DNA of 64,000 nucleotides from Cystobasidiomycetes sp. EMM_F5 (lineage: Eukaryota). Numbering within the stretch: position 1 is the first letter of the stretch; each line of letters opens with the position of its first letter. A program made the translations under genes and the position numbers. The stretch is taken from positions 496,001 to 560,000 of the forward strand of contig JBPGPT010000001.1 of the NCBI GenBank assembly GCA_051047955.1, read 5' to 3'. The notes beneath the pieces are model-generated. The model ran no database searches, was not told the DNA's origin, and saw only the letters and a program-made list of their open reading frames with translations. Below, one piece after another: positions 51,572 to 63,116 of the stretch.

Positions 51572-54372
51572 ATGCCATCACGGCCGACTTCACCATCGAG
51601 ACTGCGCAGTAGACCGAGCGTAGCAGTGACGGCGTATGATGCGAGGAGCGACCAGGTCGAACGGCTCGCAGAACATGCGGCTCTACTGTCTGAAGCTCTC
51701 GACGGAATCGGCGAGGATATCGGATGGGATCTCGAGGTCTCACTGCCAGTAAGCGGGCTCGAGCAGTGCACATACCAGCGTAGGTCTAACGTATGCGTCG
51801 CAGCCCTTGAAGCCGGTTTGGACAACGAGATTTGCGGACGAACCGCTCATCGACACTGGCATATCCGATTATACATTCATACACCCAGATCAAGGCGGTC
51901 TACTAGGGAGAGGCAAATTCAGCTCTGTCCAGCTTGCCTGGAAGGATGGTCAGAAGGTGCGTAGCTCGCTCGATAATGTGAATATCTAAAGACCGCCACA
52001 AACGTGCTTTGTTATCTTGGATGATGCAGTATGCCGTCAAGATTACGCCATTATATCCGCATCATCATCTCATTGCAACACGGCTGCTGAGGGAGCCGAC
52101 GATACTCGCTCAACTGCCTCTTCATCCCAATCTCGTGCGCGTCCACGAGAGTATACGCACACCCGGCTATTTCTATCTAGTCGGTGGGTCATCACTCGCA
52201 ATGACCCCCAATCTTCGTCGTCATACTGACTTCAGACGTTACCTTCCCGGGATTTACAGAAGAATTCCTTGATGGTTATACCAATCTCGAATCATTCGTT
52301 GCGGCTCAGCCAGGGCAGCGCCTGAGTCTATCTCAATCAACCTACATCTTCCATCAGCTTGTGTCTGTTGTTCGATCAGCTTTGCATGAGCCTATCCAAA
52401 TAGCCCATCGCGATATTAAACCGGAAAACATCCTCATTCATCCGGAAACACTGCATATCACCCTTCTAGATTTCGGATTGGCGACACATTTCAGCTGGAG
52501 GGAGCCCAAGCTGACGACATGTTGTGGCTCTCCTGCCTTTCATGCACCAGAGCTATTTCTAAGTCTCAAGAGCTCACCGGGGAGCGTACGGTACTGGGTA
52601 GGCGTGCTGATGTAATCCGGCGTAAAAGTATGCTGACCGGCTGTGATGTGCAGGGTCCCGAAATCGATATTTGGACAATAGGTATGACCATATTGCGATG
52701 TATGATCGGCGTCAAGTACCCGCTGGGCGTATCGCACACGTCGGTACAGCACATGTCCGACAAGACGATCGATGCGCTCCTAAACGTGGAAGACAAACCG
52801 TTTCGCAAAGTCTTGGCCGGGCTTTTGGACATGGATGGAGAGCGACGCATGAAGTTCTTTCAAAGTCTGGATGATAGCATCGATCGGGCACCTTTTGTCA
52901 ACGGCTATGCAGCAAAGTCGGGCGAAAGGGAGTTCAAAAATGTGTCCTTCATACCCGCCGAGCCCAAACATACACTGCCGATGCCATTGATGGCCGTATG
53001 CAGTGGTGCCAACACGCCAGTGCTGTCCCCAACGCTGCCGCCAAACGCTTTGCCAACGTACCCACGCTCATCTAGCCGAGACCGGCTGACAGCTGCACTG
53101 GCGACAGGTCTTGTATCTGCAGCGATGGACACGGACGGAAGCATGACACCACGACGAGCGCGCAAGTATTGCGCGGCTGAGCTGTTGATGCAAAATCCGA
53201 CGGGCGAGCCGTGCAAGCGGGCAATCTCCTTTGTCAAGTATGCGCTCCGTTGCGCAGGCATTCTGTATCATATCCAGGGCATTTCGCCGACAATCGCCTC
53301 ACAGACTGATAGCGATGCAATCGATATATTGGACACGGCACAACCCCCACGAATGAAGCCGTTGTCGCCTTTGTTGCACTGCGTTCTGGTCTTGCCAAAG
53401 GAGAAGCCAGCTATCAGTCAAGCTGAGGCATTGCTAACTCAGCTACGCCCTCCGCTACAGCGGGCGCAGTCCGCCCAGCAGCCACGCTCTTCGTCAACGC
53501 CCCCAGCGCGCTTGAAAACAAGCTCCGCAGCGAAAAAGACCGAACCTACGAAATACAGATGCCTCGAATTTTGGCTCCAGATCATACCTGTATATGCAAT
53601 TGAGAGTCGTGCGAATCATGCTTCAACCCAACCGTCAAGAAGAAATCGTAACACTTCGCGCGCGTCTTCTCCCGCTAGAAAACGCAACGGCGCGGCTTCC
53701 AAGTCTAGGACTCGCATTGGCCATCCGCACGCAGCAACAGAGGATGAGCGCAACTGTACGAAACTACGGATCCGCATCTCGGACGAACAGGCTCTGCCTG
53801 CTCTGATAAAAGCATTAAGTATCGGATCAACGGCGTTGTCGAGTCAGGAGCAGACGACGAATGGGATAGGCGAAGTTGCAGAGGACTCTACGCACGCGCT
53901 CGAAGTGATTACTATTTCGGCAAAAGAGGAAAATAGAGGCAGGAGTACGCTAAGTCGCAGTATCAGTAGTGCAGGAAGTCACAGCAAGTCGCCGCCCTCC
54001 ACGGAGTTGGCCGTATGTTCGACCAAGCCGAAAACTCGGCTATCGCGGCCTCAACTGGTCCACACAATCACGGAAGCGGCCGCGCCTGCGAAAACTGCAC
54101 ATCGTACCAGTGGCAGCAGCGGCAGCAGTTACGCCAAATTAGCGCAAAAAACGACTGAATCACCTTCCATGCCAACCACACAGCTTCCTCTGCAGCGATC
54201 AATACGCAGCTTCTTCGACCTCGTCACATTCAGCAAGAGGTCTGCTAGTGTGGGCCCTTCGCCGATGACTTCGCCACAATTAAGTAGTAGCGAGGAGTTC
54301 GCAATCAACACCGCAACGAAGACATCGGCGGAAAATCCACCCGCACGCGCTGTGGCTTTCCCTGCCCTATGA
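51572..54372 (+). CDS. Ser/Thr protein kinase, CAMK-group-like, subfamily not assigned, multi-exon
   Basis: LGRGKFSSV, YAVK, HPNLV, IAHRDIKPENIL, LLDFGLA, TCCGSPAFHAPE, GPEIDIWTIG; long S/P-rich C-terminal region. Confidence 0.85.
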
Positions 54373-54688
54373 CGGAGCAAGCATTTACTGCTCCTGCCTC
54401 CCATGTATGTGACCTGGTAGTCATTCAGTATCAGTGAACATCTCATTCGTCTAGAATCGAACAAAGCTGAAGTTTTGACGCGCTAAGGTATAACAGTAGA
54501 TAGTTGTTATTGTTGTTGTTGTATGTTCGGCAATCGTGAGCATTCGCATCTCGAACGATACACCCATATGATCATGTGATAACGCCTGACGTGAGTGCTG
54601 ACTATGTACATTATGCACCATCCGCAACGTGCCCTGTACGTGCAATAATTGAAAACCTGGTGAGCCAGACCCTGTGTCGTGGCAGCCG

Positions 54689-56104
54689 TCATGTTTCGAC
54701 AAAGTCTTCATTCTTGATGTCAGACTTCATCGTCTCGATCCATTTTTGCATCTTTTCGTAGACGGAGAATACTACAGCTTGTCCTGGCGCTACACGAGCC
54801 ACTCGAGGTGTGATGCCCTCTGGAAGCGAGCAGAATCAAAATTAGATATTATGTCGCGATTGAGCTCGCTTCACATACTGTAGAATGCCTTAAAGCCTTC
54901 TTCTTTGAACATAGTGCTCGCTACACCCGTCACACGAGACCAGGCTGTCTCTCCTGGCTGAGCCGTGGCGCGTTGAATTCGCGTTTTAAGCTGTCGCAGC
55001 AGATTTAGCCTGGCTTGTAAGTCTTTAAGGCACTACACGTATGGCTTACGGTGTCGATAGGAGCATTTGTGAATGGGCCGCACGCGCCGGATATTAAGCC
55101 GATAATAGCTGTTTGCCAAGAAGGTAGTTCTGTCCCGGTATATTGCGGTTGATACGAGTACAGTAACCGCTTCAACTCGGTATATGCAGTAAAATTTGCT
55201 GCTTGATTGGTTGCTTGCCGTAGAGCAGTCAGACCGACACCTCTGTGTGGACAATAAGTAATATGGCCTGCACGTTATGCGCTTGCGGAACCTACCGATA
55301 TAACGCTTTGGGTCCTTCTTCTCTCACGATAACAAACAGGGCATGCGCAGCATTACGATATTTCGGGATATCGAGAGGATCCGTCATTGAGTGATGTTGA
55401 GCTTGTAAGCGAATTTTGACAACCTCCATCGGGCCGACAACGGCGACAGCTTCGGTGACACCGGCTCCAAGACCAGCTGGAGATGGGCCAGTCAGTTGGT
55501 TAGTACTTTGTCCGATACGCTGAGGCATACCCAAAAAGATGCTAGGTCCGCTGATCTTGCCTCCCTCTGGAGTCAATAAGGCTTTGTATTTCTCGAACGA
55601 TGCGAAACGGATAGCCATTTTTGGGACGATACCAGTCGCTACGGCTCCCAGACCTGTAGCGACACATACGCGTCTTTAGCTCCGATAAACTAAGACTGAG
55701 GGTTCATCGACGTACCCTTGTACAGGCCTAGCGGGGATTCTTTCTTTACAATCATCATAGCTGTAGCGATGAAGCCGCGACTTTTCCCCTGTAACGAAGG
55801 CGTGAGTACATTGCGCATGCTAGATAATCCTTGTAACGCAATGGCTCACCCCACTCCGCCCACTTCGACTCAGTTGCATTCGGACCCTGTGGCATTACTC
55901 TTATTTTAGCGTTGGCGAGACTAGTAGGAATATCAGCCTACTTTACGGTATCGAGCCAGTGACATGCAAGCGCTTCACACAGACCGGCAGTCTGTCGTGT
56001 GGAATTTCAGCCAGGTTCACCTCCAGCCGGAGAAACGACTGAAGACGCACGCCGCCGGCCAGCAAATGAGTTCCCAAAGGCGTCGGTTTCTTCTTTTCAG
56101 GCAT
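54689..56104 (-). CDS. SFC1: Mitochondrial succinate-fumarate carrier (SLC25 family), multi-exon
   Basis: Spliced MPEKKKPTPLGTHLLAGG|TAGLCEALACHWLDTVK|VRMQLS, PKMAIRFASFE, PMEVVKIRLQAQHHSMTDPLDIPKYRNAAHA, RQATNQA, NAPIDT|LKTRIQ, RVAPGQAVVFSVYE. Confidence 0.88.
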
Positions 56105-56729
56105 CGTAGCGTTCAAGGGAGGGCGGTTCCGCTAAGGGATACCTCGAGTGAATTGCCTAGGTGTTGCCGAAGAGCCCGGACGTTTGCAATAAACCGGAGA
56201 TGGATGCTTTGTCGCAGGACTTCCGGACAGCTGCCAACGGCTTGCAGACTACGGTCGCAGATGTCCGACGTGTCAGATTGTAGATGGGCAAAAGCAACTC
56301 ACAACAATTACGGCGGGTCATAAAAAACTTGGCCTGCCGCCGGCTCTATGCTGGCCTGCGGAGTTTCCGCTTGCCGTTCCGGTTTTTCACCTTCCGAGTC
56401 TCTCTAGCTAGCAAGTCGACTGCAAGTCGCCGTCTGGCATCAGGCCAACCGTTACCACCTTAATGCGCTGACGATCTGATGTACGTCGACATGATTGCTG
56501 CCCGTTGCGGATCGAGTCGTGCAGGCTTTGCGGAGCAATAAACACGACAGCCTTTGTGGCAGCACGTGACCTGCGTCGGGAAAATGATTCCTATGCTCAT
56601 ATTGCGTGTCTATGGTATGTATGACCTCTACGTTTAATGCGAATTGCTACTACACTACGTCGTGGTCATGCTAATGATTTGCTCTGCGTGAGATATTGAA
56701 ATGGGTTTCACTGCGTCTATGACTGCTAA

Positions 56730-57991
56730 TCACATGTTGGCCTTGTTCTTCTGCTCTGCGGCCCTCTTCTCAGCAGCCTCTTCTCCATGACCGTGTTTGC
56801 CGTACGTAGCATAGTCGATATAACCAATATCACTTAACGGCAGGTAGAAGGTGTCACGATTGTAAGGTGTAAATTCTTGATCTTCTCGGATGCGGTTGAC
56901 AATGTCTGGGTTGCTAATAAAGCTTCGACCTATGGCAACGATGTCGCCCTTCTCCTGCGACAGCAGATGCGAGCTCTCCGTCCGGAAGTCTCCGCATGCG
57001 ATGAAAACCGTTGGAGATGAGCCATGCTCGCCAAATTCGCCAAAGGTCTGCCCAAGCTTGCCTTCCTGGCCTGGTTTTCGGAAAAGCGCTCTGAACGGGT
57101 CGTTTGTACGGGGATGCAGAATCTCTTTCCCCATCCATGCTCCGCTGTCTTCAACGATATGTACGTACGAAAAGCGGGGATACGTGTCGCGAATATGTGT
57201 GAGGAAGGACGTATACGTAGCGTACGTGTCCGGCTCCTGACCCATGCCTTGGAAGGTTGTCCAGGGCGCCAACCGAATGCCTGTACGCTCTTCTCCAATG
57301 GCCGATGTGATTGCTGCCAATATCTCGCGGGAGAATCTCGCGCGCTTCTCGATTGATCCACCGTAGTCGTCGCTGCGATCATTGCTTGAGGCTTCTAAGA
57401 ATTGATGCGGTAGGTAGCTGATGATATGAACGTCAGTTCTTACTTTGGGTTTGGCGTCAGATCCGGTTGTGAGTTGACGTACCCATTCGCATTGTGGATT
57501 TCGACACCATCGAAGCCAGCTTCGATAGCATTCAACGCCGCCTGACGGTAGTTCTGAACATATTGCTGAATCTCCTCGACGCTGAGAGGTTCGGGAGTCG
57601 GGCCGTTAGGCATTGGCAGATTTGAAGCTGAGACAACACGTTTGACGTCTTTGTCTCCTCTGTTCGCTCGTCCGAGCGCCCATAACTGGACATAGATTAC
57701 GCCACCTTTGGCATGTACAGCCTCGGTAACAGCTTTCCACCCTTTGATCTGCTCAGCGCTATGTATGCCGGGAACATGTTCGTAGCCTCCTGCTTCCGGA
57801 GCGATATAAGTTGCTTCGGTAATTAGGAGACCACCCTTGGTCGCCCGTTGACCATAGTAGGTTGCATGCCTCTCGACCGGTATATGGTTAGGCGCTCTGA
57901 AGCGAGTAAGTGGAGCCATGGCTATGCGATGCTCGAGCGTAGCCTTGCCGAGCTTCAACGGCATGAAGAGGCGTTTTTGTGATCCTGCCAT
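56730..57991 (-). CDS. Old yellow enzyme family NADH:flavin oxidoreductase, two exons
   Basis: HRIAMAPLTRFRA, YYGQRA, GLLITEAT, QLWALGR, AGFDGVEIHNANGY|LPHQFL...NDRSDDYGGSIEKRARF, GRSFISNPD, YNRDTFY, GYIDY. Confidence 0.93.
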
Positions 57992-58380
57992 GGCGAGAGG
58001 TCGGCGAGTAAGGAGGAAGGTGGACTAATTCAAGCGAACGAAGGAGACGACAGGATATTTGCACTGAAACGTAGGAAGGAAAGACGCGCAGGTTGCTCCA
58101 AAGTCAGCAGCTTTGCAATTTCAAACCTGGATTGCTACGATGACCAATCGACGCCGGATGACTAATGATGCAAATCCGAGGCCCGCAAAAAGGAGTTGCA
58201 AAGCAAATAAACGTGTCACGGTGCTAAGTCATATTCTGCAATACGCAAACGAGGGCGCTGACAATTTGTCTGCGCGTATACTGAGATAGCCGTGCGGCCA
58301 AAATGACATCGTCACCGGGACGGCTGAAGGAGAGTGATGACGGGAAACTACCTGTTACAAAGTACCATTACGAATTATGC

Positions 58381-59107
58381 CTAAAAGCTGCACCCTATCA
58401 TGACAAGGATGATAGCCGTTGCGAAAGATACCGGTATGGCCATCGTTCTGACCCCCGCGCCAGATGTTGAGGTCGAGGAGGCCGATACGGTCTTGGTAGT
58501 AGTGACTGTACTGGTGCCGGAATAGTAGGTGATTGTATCGCCGGAACTTGTGTGATGGGTAGTGGTAGGAAGCAGGATAGAAGTAGCGTCGTCCAACACA
58601 GAGGTTGCAAGGGACACTGCGACAGACGTGACATCGTTGACCACTGCCAAGCACAATAGGGCATTTCAGTACGAACAGCAGGAATTTACAAAGAGCCCCA
58701 CTCACCCTTTGCAGCGGTACAGACAATACTGTCGATATCCAGCAAACCCGCAAGTAGGTCTCTCTCTCCTAAGTTTCGTTTGCGATCTCCGTCATCCTTG
58801 GTATGCTCCTGGACACAATCGCGGCAACTGCAGAACCCGTTAGGGAGCGAGTTCACGGCGTATCATCAAGATGGTCTGACCTGTTGTATCCAGCACTTGA
58901 CGAGCTGCCACAGAAACACTTGCGATTGTCGTCGTTTGCGTTGCTTGCGTCGGTCTCGAGGCCGCAGCTGTTGAGCAGAGAAACCACTTTGTCGCATTGC
59001 GAGTGGCAGGCTGACGGGATGTCGGATTGTACAAGCGCCACGGCGGCGCCAAAAAGCGCCAGAGTGAAGGTAAGGACAGTGAGCAGGTGGGTGCGAATGT
59101 AAACCAT
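58381..59107 (-). CDS. Small secreted 8-Cys, Ser/Thr-rich, probably GPI-anchored cell-surface protein (CFEM-like), three exons
   Basis: Signal peptide, IPSACHSQC...LNSC...KCFC...SCRDCV...IVC, Thr/Ser stalk, TSGA omega-like site followed by a hydrophobic C-terminus. Confidence 0.75.
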
Positions 59108-59415
59108 CGTACAGTGTGGAAAGTGAAAGGTTGGCGTCCAGAAAAGTGTTGTGAGCAGTGATGAATGCAGAGGCAAGCGGTAGCACGTCGAAGGGACGCC
59201 CAGCTAGCCCAATTCCAGGTCAGGGGTTTGCAGGCTAGAATCCCTTGATACCCCTGGTACCTTCCAAAGAACGTCGGATAGACCTATGGTGTAATTTCGC
59301 TGCGCAACTTTCTCGTACACTGTAAAGCAAGCTCTCCCGCTTTGTTTTTGCAGCTTGCCTCGGAGCCATACAACGTTTCTTTTCGCCCAGTCTTTCCGCG
59401 ACTTTTCACACCACC

Positions 59416-60600
59416 TCAGTCTGTCATATATTTCAGCGTCAGCTCATTGCCTGTTACACAGCCCAAAAGCCATTGATGCTTACACTCTAGCCGCTCTCCC
59501 TCGGCTTCGGTATTCCCGTCTCCATTTGTCGCAGCCGGCAATGGACTTTGTGCGCCTCCATCGTCGCTCTCCCGCATGCTGCTTCCACTTCGCTCCCGAG
59601 TCGGCAGGGGTGCGCGTTCTCGGCCCTGCCTCCCATCAGCATCGTCCTCGTCCATTTCGTCGCGGTCCCTTCGGGATCTCGGACGTCTAACTTCTCTTCC
59701 TTCTGCACGTGCAGCAGCAGCCTCAGCTTCATCTCTCTTGGCTCGCAGCTCGTCCAGCTCTGCATCTCTCGTGACTAGCTCCTCGGCCCATTCTGTCTCC
59801 TCCTTGTCCAATTCTTCCCGCATATCTTCCACTTGCGCATCAATCTGGTCTGCTTGCCACGGCAACAGCTTGAATGGCAAGTAGTATAACGGTTTCGTGC
59901 TGCCTTCTTCTAGCGTTGACGGCGCTAGCGCATGCGGAAGAGCTGGGAATGCCGGTTTCCGAAGACCGCCGGCGTCTGTCGAGGCGGGTGGTTCCCGATA
60001 TTCGCATTTTGTGCAGAGGAGATTAGCTAGGCGTTCCTTGTTAGCTCGACGATTGTGGTACTGCAGGGTACATTCGTGATCAGATATTGGAAAATGTGCG
60101 ATGAAGAAATCAGCCGATTCGGCAAAGCTACTCACTATAGCCACGAATGCACTGCGTTCGTCCTCCTTCTTGATAACATCGTATTTCAAATTGCGTCTGG
60201 CTTTTTCTTGTCCGCTCTTCGCTTGCAGTGCTTCATTTTCCTCTCTGAGCTTGCTGGCCAGCCGTTCTTGGACTGCCGCTCTCCTCTTTGCGCCATCCGT
60301 GTCCTTTTTGGTATCCTCCTTGAATTGCGTTAGTGTCTTTGTCAAGACGCCAAAGAGTCTTCGTTGTCGACCGGCGTCTGCAGGTGTTGCGCTGACCCTT
60401 GCTCGCTTGGACGGGGGCAGCTCTCTTGAATGAGACTCTCGCTCGGCAGCTTCCGCTCGTTTACTGCTGCCAGCTATACTGATTGTAGCTCGCTCTGGAC
60501 TCCCAGATGTATGGGCTTCGACGGCTGCTACGGGAGGCGCTTCTCCCACGACGTCGTCTCCCAGTTGCACTTCAGTCTCTTCGTCCCGTTCGGTTGTCAT
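59416..60600 (-). CDS. Pinin/SDK/memA domain protein (splicing / exon-junction associated)
   Basis: RQRRLFGVLTKTLTQFK...RRAAVQERLASKL and PLYYLPFKLLPWQ motifs; R/D/E-rich tail. The start could alternatively be at 60618. Confidence 0.82.
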   Translation of the reverse strand: MTTERDEETEVQLGDDVVGEAPPVAAVEAHTSGSPERATISIAGSSKRAEAAERESHSRELPPSKRARVSATPADAGRQRRLFGVLTKTLTQFKEDTKKDTDGAKRRAAVQERLASKLREENEALQAKSGQEKARRNLKYDVIKKEDERSAFVAIVSSFAESADFFIAHFPISDHECTLQYHNRRANKERLANLLCTKCEYREPPASTDAGGLRKPAFPALPHALAPSTLEEGSTKPLYYLPFKLLPWQADQIDAQVEDMREELDKEETEWAEELVTRDAELDELRAKRDEAEAAAARAEGREVRRPRSRRDRDEMDEDDADGRQGRERAPLPTRERSGSSMRESDDGGAQSPLPAATNGDGNTEAEGERLECKHQWLLGCVTGNELTLKYMTD

Positions 60601-60861
60601 GCTGTGATGCGAGGTCATGCTCAGTTGCAGCCTAGTGTGTGCTGCAAATTGCTTACTCTGCCGTATCTGCCATTGTGGATGTCGTGTATGTACAGAGTCA
60701 AAAGTTTCGTATGTTTGAAAGGAAAGTACGCAACCGAAATGCAATAATGCAGTCTTTGAGAACATATCCTAGCTCGTATCCTGATACACAACCACGCGCC
60801 TATGTCCAAGAGCACGCTGTATAAGATTTGCATCACAAAAAATCGCATAGGTGTAGCAAAT

Positions 60862-62756
60862 CTACAGCATGTCGGCAATACTTCTACACTCGAGAATGGT
60901 GAGTTTAGTTTGGCACCATCGTAACGAGCGCATGAGGATCTCACCTAGCTGCCCATCTATTGATGAATCCAACTTTGCGCTCGGGCCTCTCGAACAGCTC
61001 ATCATCTACTTTATCGACAGCATGCTCCACTATACTTTCCACTTCGGCTTGAAGAGCTTTCTGCAAGTCTTGCGAAGATGTTTGAATTACCAGATTAATT
61101 TCGATATCGCGGGTGGCTGAACGATAGCCGTAATTTGATGACCCTATGGATGTGAGGAAGGGCGATTGTGAACCTCGAGACAACCATATTCCTGCAGATG
61201 AGTAGATGGCGTCGCGCACATTAGAGAAACGAATGGAATATGGAAAGTGTGTAAACGAGACAAACCCTTTGCATGATATGTCCAGCCGGACCTTCTCCAC
61301 TCTAGCAAATTTAGACTGTCCGCCTTGTTCTGCTTCTTGACTTCCTCCCAAAACAGGCGCTCTAGGTAGGTGTATGCTGGGGGTATATATTTAGAAAAGC
61401 CAGCGGACTGATAAAAGCCGTTAGACTGGTTGTCGGGACGTCAGTATATTCGACTACGGCACGGAAGAACGACCACGATCTACACACCTCCGGCGCCGCA
61501 CATACTATCCTTACAGGACCTGGAGTGTTGATGAGTGCTTGACGACACGACTTTCTCACACTGAAGTAGCCGCTCGTCCAATCCAGTCTTGTTTCCTCAT
61601 CGTTACCCGCTTCAGTCAAAAGTGCCGGTATGACGGTATCCGTCTCTTGCAATATTCCATAAGGTCCCATTTGCAAGAATGGTTGAACGAGCGTATCAAG
61701 CGTGTTGTTATTGTCTTGGGTCCTGGATTGAACGAGCTGCTCAGCCATGAATGAGGTTATTACTTCCCGCCCCTGTTGCGCAGCCGTCGCCGCGTCTTCT
61801 TCGGGAGAGATTTGCCGATTGTCTAACCGCTGCCATTCGATATCTACGTTTGGACCGGTGGATGAGCCCAAGAGTGAATACGATATCGATGCGAATGAGC
61901 GGAGTAGGCCGTGCATGTAGTCGCTTAGCCGAGTGTGGTTTTCGATGGCAATGTAGCGGTCCTGTCGGTTCGTAAAGTAATCACGGGACAGGTTTGCCCT
62001 GCAGTCGTGCGGACAGATCAGCTTGGCGGGGCTCAGTGCAAGGGATGCACGAGAACATGCCCGCTAATGAGGACGTCATCATCGAATCCGTAGATCTTGC
62101 CGTGCCATAAACCCCACCCCTCATTGTACCGCTTGGGAACGATAGCCTTCATGAATCCAGACAGAGCCGGAGTGTGGTACAAGCTGATGTGAACTTGTTT
62201 TGGGAAAGCTGCGACGAGATTGCTGATCAAGGATGCGCTGGATGCGGATTTTGGAGCTTCCCTTGTCGAACGGAAATAGTCTAGCATGAGATGGACTTGG
62301 AGATTCGGGTTCACAGAGAGCGCATTGTGGAGTGCTTGCACCTGTGGAAGGGAAGATCCGTTATCGACATAACCCCCGCTCGAGCGATGCAAAGTAACTC
62401 GCCAGCTCAGTCTCCTCCTTGCCGATGTAGAGGGTTGCGAGGAATATCCGCCGTCTTGCCCGCCTTATCCCGTCGATGAGGTATCTGTAAAAGTCGTTTG
62501 GAGCGTACAGCACTTTGACTTGTCTGCCGTCTGTACGGAACGAGGGGAGGTCGGGCAGTGAAACTCGAGGGGACGGGGAAGACGATGGAGACGATGGGGC
62601 ATCGGGCTGAGCTGCTCGATATACCGACGAGTGCAGCTTCCTTGACGGAGGCGTGTAATAGCATGAGGGAGTCGCAGGCTTCTCTGCATGACGGGGGATG
62701 TACCGCCAGCAGAGTGCCCGCAGCTCAGCAGGAAGGGCTTTCAAGACGAACGACAT
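60862..62756 (-). CDS. PGS1: CDP-diacylglycerol--glycerol-3-phosphate 3-phosphatidyltransferase (PLD superfamily), mitochondrial
   Basis: ARRRIFLATLYIG, DYFRSTR, RYNEGWGLWHGKIYGFDDDVLISG|ANLSRDYFTNRQDRY, TSGYFS, GWTYHAKG|IW, IGSSNYGYRSATRDIE. Confidence 0.92.
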
Positions 62757-63116
62757 GGAAGGACGGGCGATGTTTGAGATGGGACACCCGCATCAATATC
62801 TAGTCGCTGTGGACATTCTGAGCGTGTTTGTGTAACAAAACACAACAAAGCACCGTCCATTTAAATACACCCAATATTGTATGGAGTAGCTAAACAGGCC
62901 ATTACAGCGACATATCGCGATAACTTCTTGCATTCGGCTATCGCAGCATAGCATGTACTACTACCCAATGCGAATCCAAACACCCGCTTTGCGCGCCTTG
63001 GACTGCGGCTTGACGGCGATGCGACTGAGCTGCACTGCAAAGGAACCCCGCTGAGCTGCGCTGAGCTATACCTGACTGGCTATCGTCTGGGTACACTGCT
63101 GCCCGGTGTCCCAAGT

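Noticed and set aside
54370..54420. TGA-CGG stop context after the kinase (and after SFC1) as possible read-through to a cryptic PTS1
   Set aside because: The extensions do not end in PTS1-like tripeptides and the context is not the TGA-CTA motif.
56190..56400. CGG/CCG-rich elements upstream of SFC1 resembling carbon-source-responsive elements
   Set aside because: Biologically plausible but no exact consensus match; cannot be separated from background without conservation data.
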